From positions 1 to 45,448 of the IMG/VR virus record IMGVR_UViG_3300032253_000003: a stretch of DNA of 45,448 nucleotides; one strand, written 5' to 3'. The position numbers were made by a program, and so were the translations under genes. The notes under the pieces were generated by a model. That model did not search any database and had not been told where the DNA came from. It worked only from the letters and a program-made list of their open reading frames with translations. The stretch is from a virus (lineage: Duplodnaviria > Caudoviricetes). This document shows, one piece after another, positions 8,265-17,758 of the stretch; positions within the stretch are counted from its first letter, which is position 1, and each line of letters opens with the position of its first letter.

Positions 8265-8594
8265 GTGATGAAAGATATAGACCACATGCACGATAAAGTA
8301 TTTGTAACCATGAATTTATGCAGTGAAGATAAATATATGAAGGTAAATGAGGTTTTTGAGCCTTTTGATAAAACTTATGAAGTTTGCCAGCGTTATTATT
8401 CACAAGAATGCATAAATCAAATACATGAGGCTTTACGGGTGGCTATGGGTTTATGCGACATTATCCCTACAAGACTACAGGAACATAAAGACAAGCAGGT
8501 AGCAGATATAGGTGATTTCGTTAATACACAGGGCGCTTATCACATAATTCTGGATGCGCTTGAAAAAATTAAACACTTAGAGAATAAGCAATAA
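8265..8594 (+). CDS. Hypothetical protein
   Basis: ORF in operon. Confidence 0.65.
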   Translation: MMKDIDHMHDKVFVTMNLCSEDKYMKVNEVFEPFDKTYEVCQRYYSQECINQIHEALRVAMGLCDIIPTRLQEHKDKQVADIGDFVNTQGAYHIILDALEKIKHLENKQ

Positions 8595-8607
8595 GAGGTA
8601 GAAAACC

Positions 8608-8793
8608 ATGAGCAACCAACAAGAAAAGTATTTATTTGAATTTGAAGAAGACACCAGCCCTGAAGCATGGGCCGCTAAGAACTTAAAAGAAACTCGTAAA
8701 TCAATCAATGCAAATGTATTAGAGGTTATATCAAAAGAGGGGCGGGAATTGGCTATTGAACGCTCTCTGGAAGAGTCAAAGGCTGATAAGTGA
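8608..8793 (+). CDS. Hypothetical protein
   Basis: GAGG RBS; GTGA overlap with ninG. Confidence 0.65.
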   Translation: MSNQQEKYLFEFEEDTSPEAWAAKNLKETRKSINANVLEVISKEGRELAIERSLEESKADK

Positions 8794-9353
8794 ATAAGCC
8801 CCGTAAATGCAAAGTATGTGGCGATGAATACCCGCCGTTTAATAGCATTCAAAAAGTATGCGGCCCTAAGTGCGCTATAGAGCTTGTTAAACAGGATAAC
8901 GCTAAAAAGTTGGCTAAGGATAAAAAGATCAAAGAAAAGCTTGATAGGCACGACTTAAAGCGGCGCAAGGATGCATTAAAGAGCAAGTCTGATTGGATGA
9001 AAGAGGCGCAGGCAGAATTTAATAAATATGTGAGGTTAAGAGATGATGGCGAGCCATGTATATCTTGTGGGCGGCACCACAACGGCCAGTATCATGCTGG
9101 GCATTATCTGTCGGTTGGGGCTTGTCCGGAACTCAGGTTTCACCCGTTTAATAACAATAAACAGTGTGCCCCTTGTAATAACCACTTATCGGGAAACGCA
9201 GTTAAGTACAGAAAAGCGCTTATCGGCAAAATCGGCTTGGCAGAAGTTGAATGGCTGGAAGGACCGCAAACGATACAAAAACTAACTGTTGACGATATAA
9301 AAGATATTAAACAACACTATAAACAGAAAGCTAAGGAGTTGAGTGATGTGTGA
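8790..9353 (+). CDS. ninG: NinG/Rap-family recombination endonuclease
   Basis: RKCKVC, AQ..FN.YVRLRD..PCISCG, YHAGHY.SVGA.PELRF, QCAPCNNHLSGN. Confidence 0.93.
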   Translation: MNKPRKCKVCGDEYPPFNSIQKVCGPKCAIELVKQDNAKKLAKDKKIKEKLDRHDLKRRKDALKSKSDWMKEAQAEFNKYVRLRDDGEPCISCGRHHNGQYHAGHYLSVGACPELRFHPFNNNKQCAPCNNHLSGNAVKYRKALIGKIGLAEVEWLEGPQTIQKLTVDDIKDIKQHYKQKAKELSDV

Positions 9354-9519
9354 ATATTGCAAAAACACCGGAAAGATTAATAACCAGCCATGCCCTCATT
9401 GTGTAGGTGATCTTAAATCTGATGAACTTAAGGTCGAGCTATGCGAGGTCAACAGATATGATGTTGAATTTAAAAACACGCTTAGAAACATGTTTAACCA
9501 TAATGAGGCGATGAAATGA
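9346..9519 (+). CDS. Small CxxC...CxxC protein (57 aa, not in ORF track)
   Basis: MCEYCKNTGKINNQPCPHC...; AGGAG RBS; overlaps neighbours at both ends. Confidence 0.65.
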   Translation: MCEYCKNTGKINNQPCPHCVGDLKSDELKVELCEVNRYDVEFKNTLRNMFNHNEAMK

Positions 9520-9806
9520 AGACATTTAATAATAAAAGCCCTCTACTGAACGCAATAGCCATACCCTTTAGTCTGGTAGGATTCGCCCTATTAATCGTTA
9601 ACTGGGCGTATATGGTGGTGTTTCAGTGGGTATTTTTGCCCAAGCATAAGTGGGTTGATGTGCTGTCAAAGGATGGGTGGAAATTACATAGCCATTACCC
9701 TAACTGGTTTTGCTACTGGCTTTGTACTTGTGAGGAAAATATGATTAACCACCTGAGATTAATGCGTGATGCGCTTGACGAGGATTATTGTGATGAGACC
9801 ATTTAG
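9516..9806 (+). CDS. Hypothetical membrane protein
   Basis: Hydrophobic N-terminal segment; ATGA overlap. Confidence 0.6.
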   Translation: MKTFNNKSPLLNAIAIPFSLVGFALLIVNWAYMVVFQWVFLPKHKWVDVLSKDGWKLHSHYPNWFCYWLCTCEENMINHLRLMRDALDEDYCDETI

Positions 9807-9990
9807 ATACGCATTATTTTACGCTATTGGAATTATCTGCTTATTCGCCGTGTTCGGTGGCAATACTGCAAAGGCTTGTGATAATAACGATTTAACTGAC
9901 TACAGCACTGAATACCTACTGGCTAACTATACTCCTTGTGGAGGTCACTGGTGGGCTAAACGATATAAGTGCAATGGAGACACATTATGA
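9793..9990 (+). CDS. Small secreted/membrane protein
   Basis: Start refined to ATG 9793 after GAGG; signal-like MRPFRYALFYAIGIICLFAVFGGNTAKA. Confidence 0.55.
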   Translation: MRPFRYALFYAIGIICLFAVFGGNTAKACDNNDLTDYSTEYLLANYTPCGGHWWAKRYKCNGDTL

Positions 9991-10193
9991 AGTGCAGGCA
10001 ATGCGATAGAGAGTATACATATAACGATATTGAAGGCTATAGCAAAGAGTTATGTGGGCCGCTTTGTGATGGAATTGAAATAGGCAGAAAGCAAGCGGCT
10101 AAGCGCTGTAAGGAGATAGCACAGCAGAGGTATTTAGCTGAGAACCAAGCCGTTTCAATCGACTTAAAGATTAGTGAAGAGTTTAATGTATAA
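9987..10193 (+). CDS. Small Cys-containing protein
   Basis: MKCRQC...CGPLC; ATGA overlap, GGAG RBS. Confidence 0.65.
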   Translation: MKCRQCDREYTYNDIEGYSKELCGPLCDGIEIGRKQAAKRCKEIAQQRYLAENQAVSIDLKISEEFNV

Positions 10194-10220
10194 CATCAAT
10201 CACATAATAGGGGATAGGTA

Positions 10221-10487
10221 ATGGCAAAGTTTGAAGACACGTTTAATGAGCCGATTGGATTTTCTGATGGCTCTTATGTTATTAGCGGACATTATTCCGT
10301 TGATGAGGCCGCAAAAATGTTTAGTGAAGACTTAGGCGATGATATAAAGCCGGACGCGCTACGCAAAGACGTTGTTAGATTCGGCTTCCCACCTGAATTT
10401 GTTGAAGATGGCAACGAATTAGGCGCTTGCTGGTACACGGGAGCAAAAAAAGGAAAAGGATCAAAACCTGTGTGGGTTTTAGGTTAA
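10221..10487 (+). CDS. Hypothetical protein
   Basis: Last ORF of rightward operon. Confidence 0.7.
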   Translation: MAKFEDTFNEPIGFSDGSYVISGHYSVDEAAKMFSEDLGDDIKPDALRKDVVRFGFPPEFVEDGNELGACWYTGAKKGKGSKPVWVLG

Positions 10488-10609
10488 ATAAGACGTTATC
10501 GGACTATATGCCGATATTTTAATGAAAACTACCGAAATCGGAAGGTAATATATGCTATGCTAACATCTGGTAAATTAGTTACTATCATTTCTAATTTATT
10601 CAGAACTTT

Positions 10610-10640
10610 CCCGCTAATCTCCAAGGCTAGCGGGTTTTTT
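10610..10640 (+). terminator. Intrinsic terminator
   Basis: CCCGCTA/TAGCGGG stem followed by six T. Confidence 0.8.
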
Positions 10641-10650
10641 ATGCCTGTCG

Positions 10651-10830
10651 TTAATTAGATTTAGGCATCTTTGTATATTTATCTGCGGCGGCGAGTGCGA
10701 ATACTGAAGGTATTAGAATGACGAGTATTTGTATTAGGCCCGGATCATCAAACCTGAAATAGCTCAGTGTTAATACAATGTACGAGAATACCCACTTCTT
10801 TTCTGCAAAGATTGTGGTTATGCCTTTCAT
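10651..10830 (-). CDS. Small two-TM protein, holin candidate (59 aa, not in ORF track)
   Basis: MKGITTIFAEKKWVFSYIVLTLSYFRFDDPGLIQILVILIPSVFALAAADKYTKMPKSN; ATGA overlap; last late gene. Confidence 0.55.
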   Translation of the reverse strand: MKGITTIFAEKKWVFSYIVLTLSYFRFDDPGLIQILVILIPSVFALAAADKYTKMPKSN

Positions 10831-11165
10831 GATTTCTTTATCAAAATTTCTAGCATTCCATGCATTGTGGCGACAGATGTTTTGGTCTTAATCACTGAAT
10901 CCCTTGTTATTTTGTGCTCATCTTTGAACATTTCAGTAATTGACTGGGTTTTACTATCGAGCTTTTCACTGAGATAATTATTTCCCGCCCTGAACTCTGC
11001 TAAAGCGTCCTTAATGTCGTCTTTTGTCGCATAATGAGCTTCGATAGTATCTACCCTTTTTACAAGTCGATTAAATCTCGATCTTGATATCCCTATTAAT
11101 AACGCTGTTAAAAAGCCAATAATACCCATCCCACCCTTCACTACGTCTGGATCAATTATTGGCAT
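10827..11165 (-). CDS. N-terminal TM plus coiled-coil protein, possibly lysis-related
   Basis: Start refined to ATG 11165; GMGIIGFLTALLIGI helix then helical domain; position after tail genes. Confidence 0.6.
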   Translation of the reverse strand: MPIIDPDVVKGGMGIIGFLTALLIGISRSRFNRLVKRVDTIEAHYATKDDIKDALAEFRAGNNYLSEKLDSKTQSITEMFKDEHKITRDSVIKTKTSVATMHGMLEILIKKS

Positions 11166-11256
11166 CTTTACCTTCCCGCTGTTAAAAAATATCATAAGGC
11201 AAGTGCCCTTTCACTAGTTTAGTACACTTTTAACATTTTGCTATCACCCAAATGTG

Positions 11257-11400
11257 TTAATAGTAAATTACAGCAACATCATGGCGATAATCGTTTCCGT
11301 TTGTCCAGTGTAGATAAGAGTCGTAAATACGCAACCGGTCTGCTAATGTGCCGGTTATGCTGTATTGTCGATACCAATTTTTAAAGCCTATATATTGCAT
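11257..11400 (-). CDS. Small hypothetical protein (47 aa, not in ORF track)
   Basis: TAATG overlap with upstream stop; MQYIGFKNWYRQY... Confidence 0.45.
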   Translation of the reverse strand: MQYIGFKNWYRQYSITGTLADRLRIYDSYLHWTNGNDYRHDVAVIYY

Positions 11401-13121
11401 TACAAATTTGTCGGGTGAAAGTCGCCGTTTTTCGATTGGAGACCTTGATCTATATCAAAACTAGATAGAGGTTCGTTTAATGTGTCAGGGTTAGCGCCCG
11501 TCCACCACTTCAAGCCGCCGCCGTTCGTTGTTGCATTGGCCGACACTTCATCGGGTGTTAAATCCCCAAAAGCAGCCACTATTTCAGCAACTGTGGCAGT
11601 AAAATTAGCGTTGTCTGTTGCGTCATTCGTTTCTTGTGCTGCATTCCACAAGGCTAGTGTCGCGTAAGTCGTGCCAGCGTATGCCCATGACGTGGCCGGT
11701 AATGCCTGATCGGAATAATAGTTATTATTTGAGAATGTATTAGCATCACCCACCCCAACCGTAGCGAATCCGCCGACTTTAGGTGTCACGACCAATATAA
11801 GTATATTATTGTTATAGGTTTTTGATGCCGAATTTGCTGTTGCTCCCTGTTCTCTTGCCCATATACCAAAACAATCAGAATTTCCATCGACTGAGCTAGG
11901 CGTGATAATTACAGTATTATTGTGCGCTACGCCGCCGCTATTGCCTTTTAAGCTGATACCAACTGTTTCTGTTCCGGTGATATCTGTCAACAGATTGCCG
12001 AATGCGCGAACATTATCGTTTGTGCATAGTGAAAGTATTAACGGAGAATGAAAGCGCTTTACATGGTTGGCGTAAATATCACCGCTTGCGAGTCCGCGAA
12101 CACCAATCCCGTGCGGGCTGTATGCAGCAGAATTTATGCCTGTGACAACATTATGATGTACCTGAGGGTTTATCGTGAACCCAAGCCCTGTCTCAGCATC
12201 AGTACCAACCGATATACCATCGCCAGACGGGCAATTATGATTAAATATATTGTTTCTGATAACGGGTCTTGTCGTTAATCTATTCCCAGTATCTTGACCG
12301 CGAACGAGCGTGCAATAATTTCCAGATCCTGTAACAATCGCATCAACTGTAAAATTACAGTCTTCAAGAACAACATTATTCACTCCAGAGCATTCAATGC
12401 CCCACGAGAAACCGGCCGCATTTGTAAAATTAATACTTCCTGTAACATTGCTGATATTAGCTGTTGTTACACTGGCTGTATTAGCTGACCTAAAGGCGCA
12501 CGCCAAGACCTCACCAGCCCTTGTACTAGTTACGTTATCATAATGAAGGCCATCAATAGTCAATACCATCGCAGAGTTTGCCCCTAGCGTAGTATTTGCA
12601 TAAACAATATTCCCTGAATATGAGCCACTAACAATACAGTCATTCATGGTCACGCTGCCATTGCCTTGGCTTATATTTATTGCAACCGCTGCACCATCAC
12701 CAATCGTTTCAATACGATTAAGCACAATATTTTTTTCTGCAATATTTGTTGCTAAGTAAACTATTCTTGTTGATATGTTTGAGCCGCTAAACTTTAAATC
12801 ATTAACGGTGAACGTAGCGGTTGAATCAGGGTTGATATTTACAACGCCGCCGCCACTCGCACGGCCTAATATCGCACCGCCTCCATTAGCTCCATAGCGA
12901 GTGCTAACGGTAATCGCCTTTGTCCAGGTGACTTCTGCGCTTGCTTGATACGAAGTAGTTCCCAGGCCGGCTAAATTTTCATTGAACACAAAAGTATCTG
13001 AATCTGCCTCAACAATACCGCTCAATGCAGAAGCTGGATAGCAATTGGCGTCTGTCCAGTCATCAACAGTGCTTGGGCCTGTAGTTCTAATTCCAGTTGT
13101 TGATATATTGTAATTTGCCAC
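11400..13121 (-). CDS. Right-handed beta-helix virion protein (tailspike/depolymerase-like)
   Basis: N/G/T/V/I-rich with repeated IRNN, VHHN, IYAN, AHNNTV turns. Confidence 0.7.
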   Translation of the reverse strand: MANYNISTTGIRTTGPSTVDDWTDANCYPASALSGIVEADSDTFVFNENLAGLGTTSYQASAEVTWTKAITVSTRYGANGGGAILGRASGGGVVNINPDSTATFTVNDLKFSGSNISTRIVYLATNIAEKNIVLNRIETIGDGAAVAINISQGNGSVTMNDCIVSGSYSGNIVYANTTLGANSAMVLTIDGLHYDNVTSTRAGEVLACAFRSANTASVTTANISNVTGSINFTNAAGFSWGIECSGVNNVVLEDCNFTVDAIVTGSGNYCTLVRGQDTGNRLTTRPVIRNNIFNHNCPSGDGISVGTDAETGLGFTINPQVHHNVVTGINSAAYSPHGIGVRGLASGDIYANHVKRFHSPLILSLCTNDNVRAFGNLLTDITGTETVGISLKGNSGGVAHNNTVIITPSSVDGNSDCFGIWAREQGATANSASKTYNNNILILVVTPKVGGFATVGVGDANTFSNNNYYSDQALPATSWAYAGTTYATLALWNAAQETNDATDNANFTATVAEIVAAFGDLTPDEVSANATTNGGGLKWWTGANPDTLNEPLSSFDIDQGLQSKNGDFHPTNL

Positions 13122-13124
13122 GGA

Positions 13125-13607
13125 TTATACTCCCTGAGTAACCATTACTATCTGAACCAGACCGGCCACACCATTTCCAAGTGCGGCATATCCGCCATTT
13201 TCACCCCATGAGTTTTCAGGTATTCCGATAAGTAAATCTATGGCTACGCCACCCGCCGTAGAATCCCCCGACCTGATTATAACGCCTGCATTCGCAATAA
13301 TATTAGGTGTTGTGCCCGTTTTAGCTAAATTTGCTTGTGCGTTAGCCGCAGACGTACCAAAGGCTAATATCGCATACTCTTCTAAGCCTGTGATTTCTAA
13401 GTTTTGAAGTAAAATACGTCTTGCGCCAGAAGCAATCGCAAATGTTGTTCCGGCCTCTGCTGATGATATTCGGCCAGTGTATGAAGAAGGCTTAAACCCA
13501 TCCATTGTATGCGCTGCACCGCCTGAGCTTTTATCGGGCTCTGGCTTATCGCTTAAGCTGTCGATTGAATATGTGACTTGATCGCTTCCGCCTACCTCGC
13601 CTGTCAT
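13125..13607 (-). CDS. Putative virion structural protein
   Basis: G/A-rich ORF in tail region; AGGAG RBS. Confidence 0.65.
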   Translation of the reverse strand: MTGEVGGSDQVTYSIDSLSDKPEPDKSSGGAAHTMDGFKPSSYTGRISSAEAGTTFAIASGARRILLQNLEITGLEEYAILAFGTSAANAQANLAKTGTTPNIIANAGVIIRSGDSTAGGVAIDLLIGIPENSWGENGGYAALGNGVAGLVQIVMVTQGV

Positions 13608-13665
13608 GATTTTCTCCTAAATAGTTTGTCCGATCTTATTTGTGCCATTTTATTTACTCCTGAAA

Positions 13666-14013
13666 TTAAAACTGACTAGGTATCACTATTACTTCAAACA
13701 GGTCATCAAGTGACGCACTTGCCATTGCCATTGCAATTATAGCATCACCAGAAACGGCATGGACAAGCTTTGAATTTGCATCAACCGTAAGTCTTGCCCC
13801 TCTTCCTACGGAGCCACCCGCCACTGCGAGCGATGGGCCAAACATCAATATTTCAACTTCATCGCTAGTCACGGCATCTGCTACGCCCATATATATTCCA
13901 ATAATTCTATCTGTTGCTGATGTTGCTGGCTCAACAGTAGCGTTTGTTGTGAATTTAACGGCGGTTCTAGCAACGATTGCAGAAGTGGCGCTGAATTTTC
14001 TAGTTAACATCAC
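13666..14013 (-). CDS. DUF2190-like capsid cement/decoration-type protein
   Basis: AGGSV.RGARLTVDANSKLV...IIAMAM.SA..DD pattern. Confidence 0.7.
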   Translation of the reverse strand: MMLTRKFSATSAIVARTAVKFTTNATVEPATSATDRIIGIYMGVADAVTSDEVEILMFGPSLAVAGGSVGRGARLTVDANSKLVHAVSGDAIIAMAMASASLDDLFEVIVIPSQF

Positions 14014-16142
14014 ATTTCCCCTATGACTTTAGGAGCTTCACTTGTGGAGCTTATCTTATTTAAAACGCCTGTGTTATTTAGTATATTCTGTTTAATGTTC
14101 TTTGCCTTATAATACCAAATCGCTTCAGTCGTCACAGCTCCGTCTAATGTAACATTGTCAAGAGTAATATCCTCGACGAAATAAGAAGAGACCCCATCAC
14201 CTATTATTGCGATACGAGTTTTGGTGGAATCAGACGATAGAGTCACATTTTTTAACGTCATATTGCCCGGTATATTAACTGTGTGTGAGCTTGGGTTTAT
14301 AGAAAGCACCTCTTGATTAGCAGTCCCGCCATGATGCCATCTGCAATTAGACACTTCTATGTTGTAGCCCTTTAACTCGGCGATACGAAGCGAAGGAGTA
14401 AAGCGAGAATCAACCGTTGCAGGTATATTTTCAAGCTTAATGTTTCGGCTTTGTTCTGCTACTTGTATCGGGTTTATGTACGAATCCGCCGCGTTTTTAG
14501 TTTTGAAGCCCGGCGTTATATTTCTTGCAATTACGTTGTTGCTATTTAATGCAAACTCGACAAGCCTGCCGCTATAAGCGCCTGTGAAATTCTCAAATAC
14601 ACAATTTGTCATAGCATTTAAGCCTATACATATATGTACATCGTCAAGTCTTATATCACTAACATGGCAATTGTAGGCCGCCGACTTAGTAGCAAATGGC
14701 GACCGCCCTTCAAACCCTAATCCGTAAATCTGCACGTTTTCAACCGCATACCACGGAACATCAAGGTCTAAGTCAGTTCCAGCTATTTTATAAATTAATG
14801 GGGAGGTCATATCAACGTCAATAGCATCTGCTAAGTGAACATCCCCACTGGATATATTTTCAATTTTCGTTAGCTGAGCATGATCTGGCACGCCTGAAAC
14901 ATTATTTGTAGTTGCAATATATACTAGTTCGCCTACAGAAAAATTAACCGTATCCCCTGCCGTTGTGCAAGTAACTATTTGATCGTGTCCAGAAACTGCG
15001 TTGAGCGCGTATGAAGTGTAATCAGCGTACGCCACCCCATGAGCGTCTCCCAATATAAAACAGGCTTCCTTTGATATTGTCGCGCTTGTTCTGTCATTGT
15101 ATATAACCGCATCTGGTGTGCCAGTTATTAACGTATTTGATTGTATGGCCGGAGGTGCTGTGACCCGGTATCTTTTAGTAAAATGCACATGAGGAAACCC
15201 AAGAGATAAAACATTATTAATAATGAGATAATCATCAGTAACGCCATTATCGCCTTTGGCGCCAAACATTTCAGGCGTAATAACTGAAGTATCAACACTT
15301 AACCATCGACCAGTTACAACACCGGTAGCTTGAAATATAGTCCCGTCATTAGGTGTTGCGGTGCTCGATGCGTCCCACTGTATATTTTGCCCACCGCCCT
15401 CTATGCCAGCGTAATATCCACGCATTGGCAATTGTTGGCCATCAAATTCACCCTCATACAATTTAAGTGCCGCAACGTTATCAATCTGAGTTTGCCTTAC
15501 GCGCTTAAATTTAGTTGCACCGGTGGTAGCAGAATACCAAAGCCCGTCAGTGTTAACGCCTGTCGCAACATCGGGAGCCGTTTGACCATCAGAGACTTTC
15601 TGCCATGTTGAATAAGTACCGGGCGAGCCCACGTTTATTGCTAAGCACAACACTTGCTCACCAACGATAAACGAAGTTAAATCAACGCCTATTAAGTCGT
15701 CCATATACTTAACGTCGTATTGGGCCCGTGCGTCATACTCAGCCTGAATCCCAGCGCTTCCAGTATAAGTAATTAACCCACTAGAAACAGTTTCGGAAAA
15801 GGTTACCGCTGTAATGCCAGGGGAAAAGTCACCTGTAAAATTGGCCTTATAAATAACGTCATTAGCCGCATTAGCATCGGCCACCAGCATACCGTTAATA
15901 ACATCGGTTGAATCATTCCAATCTGTTGCGCGAGTCCATGCGCTGGTCGAAGCGTCATACACGGCATTTTCTGTGGGGTCTGTTTGCGATCGAACCAAAA
16001 CCCGGTTGCCCGAAACAACCGCTATACCATCCACGGTCTGCTCACCCGATAGAGCGATGTTTGCTGGCGTAGAGGCTACGCAAGGGGCTTTAATTGCCTC
16101 TTCAGGCGCTGAGCCGATCCTAGTGAGATAGCTTGTTGTCAT
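14010..16142 (-). CDS. Tail fibre/tailspike with pectate-lyase-like beta-helix
   Basis: TPEMFGAKGDNGVTDD motif precedes beta-helix; N-terminus paralogous to next gene. Confidence 0.82.
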   Translation of the reverse strand: MTTSYLTRIGSAPEEAIKAPCVASTPANIALSGEQTVDGIAVVSGNRVLVRSQTDPTENAVYDASTSAWTRATDWNDSTDVINGMLVADANAANDVIYKANFTGDFSPGITAVTFSETVSSGLITYTGSAGIQAEYDARAQYDVKYMDDLIGVDLTSFIVGEQVLCLAINVGSPGTYSTWQKVSDGQTAPDVATGVNTDGLWYSATTGATKFKRVRQTQIDNVAALKLYEGEFDGQQLPMRGYYAGIEGGGQNIQWDASSTATPNDGTIFQATGVVTGRWLSVDTSVITPEMFGAKGDNGVTDDYLIINNVLSLGFPHVHFTKRYRVTAPPAIQSNTLITGTPDAVIYNDRTSATISKEACFILGDAHGVAYADYTSYALNAVSGHDQIVTCTTAGDTVNFSVGELVYIATTNNVSGVPDHAQLTKIENISSGDVHLADAIDVDMTSPLIYKIAGTDLDLDVPWYAVENVQIYGLGFEGRSPFATKSAAYNCHVSDIRLDDVHICIGLNAMTNCVFENFTGAYSGRLVEFALNSNNVIARNITPGFKTKNAADSYINPIQVAEQSRNIKLENIPATVDSRFTPSLRIAELKGYNIEVSNCRWHHGGTANQEVLSINPSSHTVNIPGNMTLKNVTLSSDSTKTRIAIIGDGVSSYFVEDITLDNVTLDGAVTTEAIWYYKAKNIKQNILNNTGVLNKISSTSEAPKVIGEM

Positions 16143-17722
16143 GATAGTATCTCCATATTAAACCAACATGCACCTGAGCTTGCGCCAAAAACATATCTGG
16201 TCGCAATAGCAGTATTTGAATGCACAGTCTCAAGCTCATAATATTCGCCACCAGTAACAGACAAGACGCCTGAATATGCATTAAATCTCGGATTTTGAGT
16301 TGAAGCCCCATAATTAAAAAACTCAGAAGATAACGTCTCTTCTTGAGGGGCTATAGATCCGTCCTTTTTAAGAGTTATTCTTACTTTTGTATAATCATTT
16401 CCTGATTCAAACAATACAAAATAGGATAATCTTATTCTCGTTACTCCGGCTGGAACTGTAAGCCTACCAGTATTTGTCACTAAATCATGGATAGAATCTG
16501 TATCATAATCTTCTGCATCAAATAAAATAACTGTAGCGGTATCATGGGCTAATGCTTGATTTGTTGCCCTATATACCCTTGCCCCCCTAAAATCTGTCTT
16601 GTTATCCACATATGCTTTGATAGATTGCTGAGATGCAGCAGCTATAGCGCTATCCGAGGACATCGTGTCTTGATCCAGAAATGCCGTTCCGCTTAATGTT
16701 CCGTTTAATACAGGTGAATTAGCTATAGGAGCGGTTAATGTTTTATTCGTTAATGTCTGAGCCGTTGTTTTAGTCGCACATTCACTTAATGCGGCCTCTG
16801 TGTTTGTACCAGTGAAATTACCAGCAGCATCAACCAGTGCATCATAAACCCGTATCCACCGACCTGTAGTAACGCCTGTGGTCTGTATAACTGTTCGAGT
16901 CGTGGCGCTATTATCGGTTTCAGTAGAGGTCGAATCCCATGTAAATTTTCCATTGCCCTTATAGGGATCAGCCAAGCCAAAGTCTGGCGTGTCGTAACTA
17001 ACCACTTCCATTGTCTGGTTTGGGGTGCCTTCAACCAACTTTAAATCATCAATCGTTAAAACAGACAGTTGTCTTACTTGCTTGAATTCTGTTGCGCTAC
17101 TTAATGCTGAGTACCACCGATTATCTGTTGTGTTTAATCCTGTCGCCGGGTCGGGTGGCGTTTGTCCATCGGCTACTTTTTCCCACACTGAGTAAGCGCC
17201 AGGGGAGCCCACATTCAAAGCGTTACAAACTATCGTTTCACCAACAACAAAAGAGGTTAAATCAACCGCTATCAGGTCATCCATATAATTAATTAAGTAT
17301 TGGCCTCGTGCGTTGTATTCGGCTTGATAGCCTGCTGAGCCAGTCTTTGAAGTTAAAGTATTAAATAGAATTTCTGAGAAAGTAAGCGATGTTGCTTCAG
17401 GGTCATAGCTACCTGTAAATACTGCTTGATAAATGCCTTTATTCGATGGATTTGAATCTACAACTAATATCCCATTAACTACGTCATCAGCGGCATTAAA
17501 GTCGGTAGATCGAACCCAAGGGCCCGTAGCCGCATCATATACCCCGTTTTCAATAGGGTCGGTTTGATTTCTAACTAACACACGGTTACCGGCTACAACC
17601 GCCACAGTATCAACTGTCTGCTCGCCAGCTAAAGTAATATTAGCCGTAGTCGAAGCAACACAAGGAGCCTTTGCAGATTCCTCAGGTGAAGTCCCGAAAC
17701 GTGTTGTAAATGAGCCCGTCAT
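16139..17722 (-). CDS. Tail fibre with C1q/TNF-like C-terminal domain
   Basis: TTANITLAGEQTVD...RVLVRNQT..ENGVY fibre domain; QTLTNKTLTAP shaft; ARVYRATNQ..VILFD..YDT...GRLTVP tip. Confidence 0.8.
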   Translation of the reverse strand: MTGSFTTRFGTSPEESAKAPCVASTTANITLAGEQTVDTVAVVAGNRVLVRNQTDPIENGVYDAATGPWVRSTDFNAADDVVNGILVVDSNPSNKGIYQAVFTGSYDPEATSLTFSEILFNTLTSKTGSAGYQAEYNARGQYLINYMDDLIAVDLTSFVVGETIVCNALNVGSPGAYSVWEKVADGQTPPDPATGLNTTDNRWYSALSSATEFKQVRQLSVLTIDDLKLVEGTPNQTMEVVSYDTPDFGLADPYKGNGKFTWDSTSTETDNSATTRTVIQTTGVTTGRWIRVYDALVDAAGNFTGTNTEAALSECATKTTAQTLTNKTLTAPIANSPVLNGTLSGTAFLDQDTMSSDSAIAAASQQSIKAYVDNKTDFRGARVYRATNQALAHDTATVILFDAEDYDTDSIHDLVTNTGRLTVPAGVTRIRLSYFVLFESGNDYTKVRITLKKDGSIAPQEETLSSEFFNYGASTQNPRFNAYSGVLSVTGGEYYELETVHSNTAIATRYVFGASSGACWFNMEILS

Positions 17723-17758
17723 GCATGCGCCTTATGTTTTATAGATAATATCATAATA

